This document shows, piece by piece, positions 1 to 7,870 of a stretch of 64,000 nucleotides of DNA (position 1 is its first letter; the number at the start of each line of letters is the position of its first letter). The position numbers and the translations under genes are program-made. Under the pieces are notes generated by a model, which was not told the DNA's origin, ran no database searches, and was given only the letters and a program-made list of their open reading frames with translations. Source of the DNA: Thermoplasmata archaeon (GTDB taxonomy: Archaea > Thermoplasmatota > Thermoplasmata > Lutacidiplasmatales > UBA184); the NCBI GenBank assembly GCA_049585415.1, contig JBAUZT010000027.1:993-64992 (forward strand), read 5' to 3'.

Positions 1-674
1 CGTCGGCGCTGACGACGCCCGGAGCCCCGTCGGTCAGCGCCACCAAGTTGGACTCTGACCAACCGCTGACAGTGACGGGAACGATCCCCTCCACGGGGAC
101 GTCACCGTACGCCTGGGAGTGGTTCGTGTCGGTGAACGGCGGCACGTACGTCGCCGCCACCCAGTGCGCGGTCAACAGTGGCTCCGGTGCCTCGGCGGGT
201 ACGACGGTGACTTGCTCCATCGCCGCGAGCACGCTCACGGTCGGCGACCACTACACCTTCGAGCTGAAGGTCGGGGACAGCGCGACGGCCTCCGAGACTA
301 AGACTTCGGCCGCGTCGGCGAAGGTCACGGTCAGCTCGGCGCTGACGCCCCCCGCGGCACCGACGGTGAGCACCACCTCGCTGGTCGTGACCCATGCCCT
401 GACGGTGAAGGGAACGATTCCCACGACGGGATCGTCTCCCTACGCCTGGGAGTGGATGATATCGGTCAACGGCGGTAGCTACGTCCCCGCGACCCAGTGC
501 ACGGTCAACAGCGGTACGGGAGCGGCGGCGGGCCACACGGTCACCTGCAGCATCGCGGCCAACACGCTGACGGTTGGGGACACCTACTCCTTCGAGCTGG
601 TGGTCACGGACGGCGCGACGACTCCGCAGACTCAGACATCGGCCGCGTCCGCAACGGTGACGGTCAAAGTCTGA
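1..674 (+). CDS. Secreted/surface repeat protein, 5'-truncated by window edge. It carries at least two 111-aa tandem domain repeats, each with 2 Cys (TxTGTIP..SPYAWEW..SVNGG..ATQC..TVTCSIA..LTVGD)
   Basis: Reading frame continues upstream of position 48 with the same linker motif (SALTTPGAPSVS), so the ORF enters from outside the window. Repeat period is about 333 nt (about 66-398 and 399-671). Composition is Thr/Ser/Ala-rich and Cys-paired, typical of extracellular Ig-like repeats. Confidence 0.6.
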   Translation, partial: SALTTPGAPSVSATKLDSDQPLTVTGTIPSTGTSPYAWEWFVSVNGGTYVAATQCAVNSGSGASAGTTVTCSIAASTLTVGDHYTFELKVGDSATASETKTSAASAKVTVSSALTPPAAPTVSTTSLVVTHALTVKGTIPTTGSSPYAWEWMISVNGGSYVPATQCTVNSGTGAAAGHTVTCSIAANTLTVGDTYSFELVVTDGATTPQTQTSAASATVTVKV

Positions 675-774
675 GCGGAGGGCGCAGAGGGAACGCAAGG
701 ACATAGAAGGCGCCTCGGGGAACCGCCGCGCCGAGGGGGCTCTTGTCGCGGGTCCGACGCGACGAAGCCATCCC

Positions 775-1050
775 CTAGGATTTCGGTAGAGCCGAGTAGC
801 CGATGTCTCTCCGCAACCGAAACCGCGTGAAGTGGATATTCTGGCCATCGAACATGTAGGTCGCGCGATACTCCCCCACCCTTGCGCGGAAAGCTTCCTT
901 CGCTCCCTCGCGTCCGATGGACTTCACTTCGCACCAGGACGGCAGTCGGTGAGGATGCTCCTTCAGACGGTCGACGAGCTCCCTGAACCGGTCCGCGATG
1001 TCTGGGGACAACAACAAGAACTGGCGTCTCGCTTCGTGGCTCATGTGCAC
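775..1050 (-). CDS. RelE/ParE-family type II toxin
   Basis: 91 aa with a C-terminal motif (RVGEYRATYMFDGQNIHFTRFRLRRDI) typical of the RelE/ParE fold. A small upstream partner sits 12 nt away on the same strand. Confidence 0.55.
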   Translation of the reverse strand: MHMSHEARRQFLLLSPDIADRFRELVDRLKEHPHRLPSWCEVKSIGREGAKEAFRARVGEYRATYMFDGQNIHFTRFRLRRDIGYSALPKS

Positions 1051-1062
1051 GACAGGTACGCG

Positions 1063-1284
1063 CTAGCGCCTCCGCCGAAGGTGCTCCTCGTAAACCTGTT
1101 CGAACGGAACGCCTGGACCCTTCTCCGCTTCCCGGATCATCGTCCGGACGAACTCCCTCGGGACGTGCTTTTCGATGAAGTCGATCACGACATCGTCCCG
1201 GGTCATGTCTCCCTTCTTGAAGGGCTGGAGCATCGTCAGGGTGGACGAATGAACGGAGATGGACGTCATCTGATCGGTTGACAT
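1063..1284 (-). CDS. Putative antitoxin partner of the RelE/ParE-like toxin
   Basis: 73-aa ORF immediately upstream of the toxin on the same strand. The antitoxin-first order matches classic type II TA architecture. No family assignment is possible from sequence alone. Confidence 0.4.
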   Translation of the reverse strand: MSTDQMTSISVHSSTLTMLQPFKKGDMTRDDVVIDFIEKHVPREFVRTMIREAEKGPGVPFEQVYEEHLRRRR

Positions 1285-1518
1285 GGGGGAGGCTAGAACG
1301 GCGACATTATTTTCATTGTGGCCCCGAGCGGATTCGCCTGCTGTTACACCACAAAGCGATACACCACCGGCGGGAAGACGGTGCTCCGCGGCGATGGCAA
1401 GAAGTCCTACAGATTGCGGAACGTCGGTGAAAATGACCTCGAAGGACTCGTATACACCTGCCCGCCTCCCGGAACGGAAAGGGAAGTGTCGACTCTAGCC
1501 ACCAGCCTGCCGAGTACG

Positions 1519-2484
1519 ATGAAGGCGTGGGTCTACGATCGCTACGGCCCCCCTGAAGTCCTTGAGTTCCGGGATATCTCTCTCCCGACCTTTAAGGACG
1601 ATCACGAGGTGTTGGTGCGAGTCTTCGCTTCCTCAGTGAACGCGGCCGATCGGCACATGTTGAAGCTGCCGTTCATCCTCCGGAGAGGGCACGGATTCTT
1701 CAAACCGAAGGAGGGACGACCCGGATCCGACGTGGCCGGTCGGGTAATGGCGGTCGGCAAGGACGTAAAGGAACTCCATGTCGGGGACGAGGTCTTCGGC
1801 ATTGGGCGTGGCGCATATGCCGAGCACGCTGTTGCCGACGAAACCCAGGTGGTGTTGAAACCGGCCCGGCTGACGTTCGAGCAAGCGGGGGCCGTGCCCC
1901 TCGCTGCCGTAACTGCCCTTCAGGGGCTCCGCGACAAGGCCGAGATCCGGCCCGGGCAGCAAGTTTTGATCAATGGTGCGTCGGGCGGGGTGGGCACCTT
2001 CGCCGTGCAGATCGCGAAGTCGCTCGGCGCTGAGGTCACCTGTGTCTGTAGCACGCAGAACGTGGAATTGAACCAGTCGCTCGGAGCGAGCCGAGTCTTC
2101 GATTATTCTCGAGAGGACTTCACCAAGAGCGGCCAGCGCTACGATGTCATCTTTGACACCCAGCTCAATCACTCTCTATCGGCGTACCGGCGCGCCCTCA
2201 AACCCCACGGACTGTTGCTGATCGTCGGCGCAGGCTCTGGTTCGGCCCTCCGAGTCATCGGCCGGCTGCTGAGGACCACTATGGGGGCACGCATCGTCGG
2301 CCCCAGAACGAAGTTTTTCATCGCGTCAATCAAGAAAGAACCCTTGGCGGCCCTCAAGGACCTTCTGGACGCGGGTAAAGTAACTCCGGTAATCGACCGG
2401 CGCTACCCCATGAACAAGGTTCCTGATGCCTACAGGTATTTCGGGGAGGGACACGCTCGGGGAAAGATTGTCGTCACGGTGTAA
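1519..2484 (+). CDS. Zn-dependent alcohol dehydrogenase / NADPH:quinone oxidoreductase (MDR superfamily)
   Basis: Begins MKAWVYDRYGPPEVLEF. Rossmann GxGxxG motif (NGASGGVGTFAVQIAK). Real start is the internal ATG at 1519; the track ORF begins at 1318. Confidence 0.8.
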   Translation: MKAWVYDRYGPPEVLEFRDISLPTFKDDHEVLVRVFASSVNAADRHMLKLPFILRRGHGFFKPKEGRPGSDVAGRVMAVGKDVKELHVGDEVFGIGRGAYAEHAVADETQVVLKPARLTFEQAGAVPLAAVTALQGLRDKAEIRPGQQVLINGASGGVGTFAVQIAKSLGAEVTCVCSTQNVELNQSLGASRVFDYSREDFTKSGQRYDVIFDTQLNHSLSAYRRALKPHGLLLIVGAGSGSALRVIGRLLRTTMGARIVGPRTKFFIASIKKEPLAALKDLLDAGKVTPVIDRRYPMNKVPDAYRYFGEGHARGKIVVTV

Positions 2485-2501
2485 GGCGCGCATCACGCCT
2501 T
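2483..2501 (+). terminator. Possible hairpin (AAGGCG-7nt-CGCCTT) immediately after the oxidoreductase stop codon
   Basis: Inverted repeat seen in sequence. No T-tract follows, so it is weak. Confidence 0.2.
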
Positions 2502-2695
2502 GCGCTGTAAGTGGTTCCACAGAACGCCAGCTTAAGCGAGGTGGGCCTGGAGAAGGGACTCCCCAACAGGTTCGAGTCGGGTGCGATGGGCTACGGTCCG
2601 TGCAAACCCTTTCGCGCCTCACGATGAGTGCACTCCGTTAACCCACCCCCTTCGGGACACCCGCAGTCTCTGTTGAAACGGGCGCCGGAAAGGGA

Positions 2696-2718
2696 TAGCC
2701 CCGGTCGGATTCGAACCA
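2696..2718 (-). repeat. Tandem partial copy of the tRNA-Gln 3' end (T-loop plus acceptor 3' strand)
   Basis: Directly 3' of the tRNA the sequence TGGTTCGAATCCGACCGGGGCTAT repeats the tRNA's own GGTTCGAATCCGCTCGGGGCTAT with 2 substitutions. It cannot fold as a T-arm because there is no 5' stem partner. Confidence 0.6.
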
Positions 2719-2791
2719 TAGCCCCGAGCGGATTCGAACCGCTGTCGCCGGCTCCAAAGGCCAGCATGCTTGGCCACTACACCACGGGGCT
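2719..2791 (-). tRNA. tRNA-Gln (anticodon TTG)
   Basis: Reverse complement reads AGCCCCG-TG-GTGTAGTGGCCAAGCAT-G-CTGGC-CTTTGGA-GCCGG-CGACA-GCGG(T)-TTCGAAT-CCGCT-CGGGGCT-A. It has a 7-bp acceptor, T-arm GGTTCGAATCC, anticodon loop CTTTGGA and discriminator A. It closely resembles archaeal tRNA-Gln(UUG). CCA is not encoded. Confidence 0.8.
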
Positions 2792-2853
2792 GCGGCCGCT
2801 CCACGGGCGGAGCGACTAGATGAACCAACCGCCTCGGACCTCCTTCTATCCGT

Positions 2854-3990
2854 TCAGTCGATGCGGCGTGGAGCGACGGGGTCGATAGGTTGCTCCGACA
2901 GGACCGGGGAACCGCGCGCTCCTGCCAGAAGGATGAGCGTTGCCACGCCGATCCCACCGGCGAAGAGCCACGCGTCGGTGTATCCCACGTCGGCGGCGAT
3001 GAACCCGAAAGCGATCGCCAGCGCGCTCCCCGCGAAGATCTGGACACAGTTCAACAGCGCGAGCGCGAGCGCGAACCCCTCACCCTGGATGCCCGGATAG
3101 TGTGACGGAAGTAGGTAGAGGACGGCGAAGACCGCACCCGCGCCGAACCCGAGGAACACAAAGAGCGGGATCAGGACCGCGAGGGGCAGGAATGGGATCA
3201 GGAGCACCGCGATCCCGCATGGGACCCCGGCGAGGACGAGGACCCATCGCATGTCCCGTGATCGCTCCCCCCACAGTCCCCCGACCGGCCCTCCGACGAC
3301 CTCGAGAACGATCATCACGGTCGGAAGGCTCACCGCGAGCTCGACCGGCCAGCTCGGGTGAGCGGACGAAGCGAATGCGACGAAGTACTGCGCGACGATG
3401 TAGAAGGCGGCCCAGAGCCCCGTGAGGGCGAGGGAAAGTGCCCAGAGCGGGCGAGAGCGAAGCACGGGGCGGGCGGCGTTCCAAAGCTGGGAGAGCGACC
3501 GCCCTAATGTCGGTACAGTCGTCCGCGGGAGGACGACCGCCGCAGCGAGGGCGGCAACCAGCAGTCCCAAGCCGCCGACCCCGAGAGCCCAGGGCCATCC
3601 GAACGCCACACCCAAAGCGGCCCCGACAATCAGCCCCGTCGCTGCCCCGACGGAAAAGCCGGCGTTGTAAAGACCAATGACCGGTCCACGGGACCCGGAG
3701 GGAAAGTAGCTCGCGACCAGACCGAGCCCGGGCGCGAAAAAGAACGCCGCTCCGGCCCCCACGCCGAATCGCAGCGCCGCGAGAACGTACCAATCGGGAG
3801 AGAATGCCGAGGCGAGGGCGAAGCTGCCCATGATCGCGAGGGCGGCCACGGACACCGTGCGACTACCCCAGCGCATCGCGGCAAATCCGGCGGGGATCTG
3901 GAAGACGGCCGCTCCGACGAGAAACGCCCCGAGGACGAGCCCGAAGGTGGCGACCCCGATGTGGAGCCCGGATTCTATCGAGGTCACCAC
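2854..3990 (-). CDS. MFS transporter
   Basis: About 12 hydrophobic helices. Gly-rich TM motifs typical of the major facilitator superfamily. Confidence 0.8.
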   Translation of the reverse strand: MVTSIESGLHIGVATFGLVLGAFLVGAAVFQIPAGFAAMRWGSRTVSVAALAIMGSFALASAFSPDWYVLAALRFGVGAGAAFFFAPGLGLVASYFPSGSRGPVIGLYNAGFSVGAATGLIVGAALGVAFGWPWALGVGGLGLLVAALAAAVVLPRTTVPTLGRSLSQLWNAARPVLRSRPLWALSLALTGLWAAFYIVAQYFVAFASSAHPSWPVELAVSLPTVMIVLEVVGGPVGGLWGERSRDMRWVLVLAGVPCGIAVLLIPFLPLAVLIPLFVFLGFGAGAVFAVLYLLPSHYPGIQGEGFALALALLNCVQIFAGSALAIAFGFIAADVGYTDAWLFAGGIGVATLILLAGARGSPVLSEQPIDPVAPRRID

Positions 3991-4082
3991 AGCGCCGATG
4001 TTGTACCAGCTGAACGCGTAGATCGCGCGCGCGACGAACAGTGTGAGCGCCGCGTTTCGGCGGGCGCGCGCGTTGAGCGCCG

Positions 4083-5039
4083 TCAGCCCATCCCCTCTGG
4101 AGTGAGGATCCCGTGCGTCTCGAAATAGCGCAGGAAACCCCGCGCAGCGAGCTCATAGCCCGACACGAGGTTCGACCGATCGTCGGACGACGACGGCCGC
4201 GCGGAGGTCGCTCCGTTCGCGAGTCGGTCGTGCTCGCGCAATCGTTCCGTGATGAACTCCGCGTCCCGTCGCTCCCGGGCCGCGGTGAGGGCCACGTCCC
4301 GCCACTCCTCCACGACCTGGCGATATCGCCCGAGGTCCGCGGCGCCGTCCGGGCTCGGTCCGAAGTGGCTGTAGAGGACCATCGCCGGGTCGGTCTGGCG
4401 CATCGCCTCGAGGCTGGAGAACAGCAGTTCAAGGTCGAGGTCCGGCGGGGGCACCGCCGGCCGAACGCGCGAGCTCCGTTCGAGTCGAACCCCCGCGCCG
4501 TCTCCCGTGAAGATCCCACGGATCGCGGAGTCAAAGAACGAGACGTGATGCTTCGCGTGGCCCGGGGTGGCCAGGACCGTGAGTTCGCCTCCCTTCAACG
4601 GGAAACGTTCCCCGCCGTGCAACGCCACGATCCGGGGAGAGGGAACCGGTAGGATAGGCCCCCACAGGGGGTCGGCGGCCGCCCCCCAGGCTCGCCGAGC
4701 GCTCGCGATGAGCTTCGTCGGGTCGACAAGGTGGGGCACGCCCAATTCGTGGGCATAGAACACCGCACGGGGGAGCTCCTCCGCCAGCGCGCCGACTCCT
4801 CCCGCATGGTCGAGGTGGATGTGCGTAACCAGGACATGATGGATTTCGGTGCGTGCGACGCCGGCCCGGTCGATTCCGGCCAGGAGTGCGGTGCGGGACG
4901 ACGACGGGCCCGTCTCGATCAACGTCCACCCCTCCTCTTCCGGGAGGAGGTACGCCGCGACCAGCCCCTCCGTATCGCGAAAGTCGGTGTCGAGCAGCTG
5001 GCGGCCCTGACCCAGCTCGAGTACCCGGGGACGCGCCAT
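4083..5039 (-). CDS. MBL-fold metallo-hydrolase
   Basis: HxHxDH motif (THIHLDHAGG) plus downstream His/Asp ligands. Confidence 0.8.
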   Translation of the reverse strand: MARPRVLELGQGRQLLDTDFRDTEGLVAAYLLPEEEGWTLIETGPSSSRTALLAGIDRAGVARTEIHHVLVTHIHLDHAGGVGALAEELPRAVFYAHELGVPHLVDPTKLIASARRAWGAAADPLWGPILPVPSPRIVALHGGERFPLKGGELTVLATPGHAKHHVSFFDSAIRGIFTGDGAGVRLERSSRVRPAVPPPDLDLELLFSSLEAMRQTDPAMVLYSHFGPSPDGAADLGRYRQVVEEWRDVALTAARERRDAEFITERLREHDRLANGATSARPSSSDDRSNLVSGYELAARGFLRYFETHGILTPEGMG

Positions 5040-5054
5040 GTTCGGGCGACCTCG

Positions 5055-5762
5055 CTAGTGCAGCAGCGGCGTGCCGTCGAAGAAGGCGAGATAGCTGAGG
5101 ACGAGGAGCGCGGCCGTGACGACCATCACGCCCGCCCAAACTCCCTTGCTCCAGTGAAACACCTTGGCTCCGTCCAGCACGCCAAGCGGAATCAGGTTGA
5201 ACGTCGCGAACCACGTGTTGACGAACGCGAGCAGCGCAAGCCACTCGAACGAGGGACGGTAGGAGAACCAGGTCGCCACGGCGGCGCCGTAGAACGTCGC
5301 CCCGAAGACGAGGTTCAGGATTGGGCCCGCGAGGGCAGTGAGGCCCCAACCCCGCCGGTCGTTCATCCCCCCCACGACGGTCGCCCCCGGGGCCGCGAAC
5401 AGGAACCCGAAGATGGCCGTGAAGACCGAGATCGCGAGGCCGATCATCGAATAGCGAAACTCGGCCCAGTAGCCCCGGCGTTGCGCCACGATCTTGTGGG
5501 CCATCTCGTGGAGGACGAACCCGGTGAGCGCCGCCGTCGCGGCGACCGCGACGATCGTGGGAGTGACGAGATAGAGGGCGGCCGAGGTATTCGTGCCGAA
5601 GAGTAGGCCGGTTCCGCTGAACAGCAGGACCAGGTCGAACGTCAACACCAGGAAGGCCACGGTCACCTGGACGATCTCCGTCCGGGACGTCGTGACCTGG
5701 CCGTTCTGGGGCGGGGTCGGGGTTCGAGCGTAGCCATACGGGAGCGGGGGCGCGTTGCTCAT
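5055..5762 (-). CDS. Membrane zinc metalloprotease, M50 (site-2 protease) family
   Basis: HExxH (HEMAH) lies within a transmembrane segment, with multiple TM helices. There is a 4-nt overlap with the upstream gene. Confidence 0.7.
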   Translation of the reverse strand: MSNAPPLPYGYARTPTPPQNGQVTTSRTEIVQVTVAFLVLTFDLVLLFSGTGLLFGTNTSAALYLVTPTIVAVAATAALTGFVLHEMAHKIVAQRRGYWAEFRYSMIGLAISVFTAIFGFLFAAPGATVVGGMNDRRGWGLTALAGPILNLVFGATFYGAAVATWFSYRPSFEWLALLAFVNTWFATFNLIPLGVLDGAKVFHWSKGVWAGVMVVTAALLVLSYLAFFDGTPLLH

Positions 5763-6667
5763 GCCGTCGCCTCGGGGGCAGGGGCGGGCCAGGGCTCGAC
5801 CGGCATCGGCGACGGTCGGGCGACGCCGTCCAGGAGATTCCGAAGCAGCTCGACGCCGTCGGCGAGCCGAGGACCGGGACGCGAGAAGAACGCCTCGTCC
5901 GCGAGGAAGACTCCCCGAGGGGGCATCGCCTGGGCGACCTCTCGAGCCAGCCGGGGGTTGGCGAGTTCACTCCGCGTTCGGTCGACCGAGAAGCTGCACG
6001 GGCTGATGACCACGAGGTCAGGTGCGAGCCCGGCGATCTCCGCCCACGACGACCGGGTGCCGGCTTTCCCCCGCCGGAGTCCCACGGCCGTGCCCCCTGC
6101 GGCCCGGACCATATCCCGGGCCCAGAGGCCGGAGAGGATCGGAGGGTCCAGCCATTCGACGATCGCGACCCTGGGCGGCGGAGAACTTCGGCGAACGGGC
6201 GCGGTCCGCGCTCGCAATCGCCGCGCCAGCTCCCGCCCCTTTTCGGGGTCGTTGAGGGCCCGCCCCACGGTCTCGACGGAGAGCCACACGCCGGAGAGCG
6301 ACCGGGGAGTGAGCGACACGATCCGCGGCGCGACGTCGGCCTTGGCGCAGGCGGCCGCGACCTCCGCGTCGGTCACCGAGCACACACGGCATAGGTCCTG
6401 CGTGAGCAGCAGGTCCGGGTCCAGGCTTCGCAAGAGGTCGATGTCGAGCTCGTAGAGGCTCTCGCCGGAACCCCGGACCCTCTGCACGCGGTCGTCGATT
6501 GCCCGGGACGATTGGTCCGCGTCCCAGGTCCGGGGGCGCATGACGGCGGGGAGGGATTTCACCTCCGGGGGGAAGTCGCATTCCTCGCTTCGGCCGACGA
6601 GCTCCGACCCGTGTCCGAGCGCGTGAACGATCTCGGTGGCGCTCGGAAGAACGGAGACGACACGCAT
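5759..6667 (-). CDS. BtuF/FhuD-like (class III) substrate-binding protein without a signal peptide
   Basis: N-terminus VVSVLPSATEIVHALG is the canonical start of the PF01497 binding domain. No leader peptide, lipobox or TM segment precedes it. No ABC permease or ATPase is adjacent. Confidence 0.65.
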   Translation of the reverse strand: MRVVSVLPSATEIVHALGHGSELVGRSEECDFPPEVKSLPAVMRPRTWDADQSSRAIDDRVQRVRGSGESLYELDIDLLRSLDPDLLLTQDLCRVCSVTDAEVAAACAKADVAPRIVSLTPRSLSGVWLSVETVGRALNDPEKGRELARRLRARTAPVRRSSPPPRVAIVEWLDPPILSGLWARDMVRAAGGTAVGLRRGKAGTRSSWAEIAGLAPDLVVISPCSFSVDRTRSELANPRLAREVAQAMPPRGVFLADEAFFSRPGPRLADGVELLRNLLDGVARPSPMPVEPWPAPAPEATA

Positions 6668-6703
6668 CGAGACTCGCCGGGCGGCTAGCGAGTCGGGGGA
6701 CTC

Positions 6704-7840
6704 CTACTTACGTTTTCGGTGGGCTGCCGACCTCGCGGGCACCGGGCGCTTCGATTTCGCGGCCCGCGGTGACGTCGGACGCGCAGGGGTCGGTGGCCGC
6801 CGGACCCGAGCTTTTGGGGCACGTTTCGGCGGGGCCACGGAGGACGCGGGGGTACCGGGCGCGATCGGAGGCGGTGGCAGCCCGAGGTGCAGGGAGAGCG
6901 CGGTTTCCCGCTCGAATGGCAGGCCCAGTGCTCGGGCTTCCTCTCGCTCGTGCGCCCCCGCTTCCTTCTCTCCGGTGTGCAGGAGGGTGACCGAATGGAG
7001 GAATCGCAGCTGCGGATCTTCCGGGGCAGCGTTGAGCATCGCTTCCACCTCGACCCGTGCGGCGGCCCAGTCTCCGAGTTCGACCAGCGCGGCCACGAGA
7101 TGGGCCCGCACCTCGACCCGCGCGTCATCTTCCGCGAGAAGGGCGCGATAGACCTCGATCTCTTCCTTGGGTCTTGCGCGGGCCCCGAGGACCGCGGCCT
7201 TCCCGAGCCAGGCGTCGAGGTCCGTCGGTCGCACGGCGATCACTTCCATGAATACGCGGTCCGCGTCGTCGGTGAGACCGAGACCCAGGAGCGAGCGTCC
7301 GACCCCGATCTTGGCGGGGAGGAATTCGGGTTTCATGCCCGCGGCCTGCCGGTAGAAGCGCAGCGAAAGGGCCGGAACGCCCCACTCGAGCCAGGTACGG
7401 GCTCGGTTCATCGCGGCGTCGAGCAGTTGGGTGCTCGGGAGCAGGCGAGGTCGAGGGGGCGGACGCGGTCGCGGCTCTTCGCCCAACATCGATTCGAGTC
7501 CGAGCTGTCGCGCGAGTTCCTCGAACCGAGCCCCCTCGACGACCGTGCCGGAGCGTTGCAGCACCTCCGCGGTGATGGCGAGCGGCAGGTGCCCCGGAGT
7601 GAGCACCACCAGTCGGGTCGGCGCGGCGTCCCCCACTTCGAGGATCCGACGGATCGTGTCGAGGGAGACCTCGTCGGTGTCTTCCAGGAACGCATAGAGG
7701 AAATCGTCCTCGGTCTGGAGGACGAGGCCCTCGGGGATCGTCTTGGCCGCGTCCATCCGCTGACCCATCGCCTCGACGAGACCGCTCGAGAGCTGTACGA
7801 ACGACGGGGACGCCACGAAACGTCGCAAGCCCGGGTGCAT
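6704..7840 (-). CDS. TPR-repeat protein with a Pro-rich linker and a Lys/Arg/Pro-rich C-terminal tail
   Basis: Track ORF 6704..8452 is trimmed to the internal ATG at 7840 because the upstream part overlaps the bona fide idsA gene. The TPR-like helical repeats and basic tail look protein-like. The antisense ORF 6887..7843 does not. Confidence 0.5.
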   Translation of the reverse strand: MHPGLRRFVASPSFVQLSSGLVEAMGQRMDAAKTIPEGLVLQTEDDFLYAFLEDTDEVSLDTIRRILEVGDAAPTRLVVLTPGHLPLAITAEVLQRSGTVVEGARFEELARQLGLESMLGEEPRPRPPPRPRLLPSTQLLDAAMNRARTWLEWGVPALSLRFYRQAAGMKPEFLPAKIGVGRSLLGLGLTDDADRVFMEVIAVRPTDLDAWLGKAAVLGARARPKEEIEVYRALLAEDDARVEVRAHLVAALVELGDWAAARVEVEAMLNAAPEDPQLRFLHSVTLLHTGEKEAGAHEREEARALGLPFERETALSLHLGLPPPPIAPGTPASSVAPPKRAPKARVRRPPTPARPTSPRAAKSKRPVPARSAAHRKRK

Positions 7841-7847
7841 TAAATAC
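7840..7847 (+). promoter_or_regulatory. TATA-like box (TTAAATAC) in the 30-bp divergent intergenic spacer
   Basis: It sits about 27 nt upstream of the GTG start of the GGPP synthase gene, suggesting a leaderless transcript. Confidence 0.35.
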
Positions 7848-7870
7848 GTGGGAGTCCACGCGCAACCGCC

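Noticed and set aside
4531-5970. Long Arg/Gly/Pro-rich ORFs throughout the track (e.g. 4531..5970-, 9452..10819+, 10197..11198-, 20125..22491-, 25226..26158-, 32076..33761-, 35329..37089 upstream part, 43802..44839-, 49922..51511-)
   Set aside because: These are out-of-frame or antisense shadows of real genes, as expected at this GC content. Their composition (Arg, Gly, Pro, Ala above 50%) and lack of motifs contrast with the overlapping frame that carries recognisable domains.
6887-7843. 318-aa plus-strand ORF antisense to the TPR gene
   Set aside because: It has no motifs and biased composition. The minus frame has TPR-like repeats.
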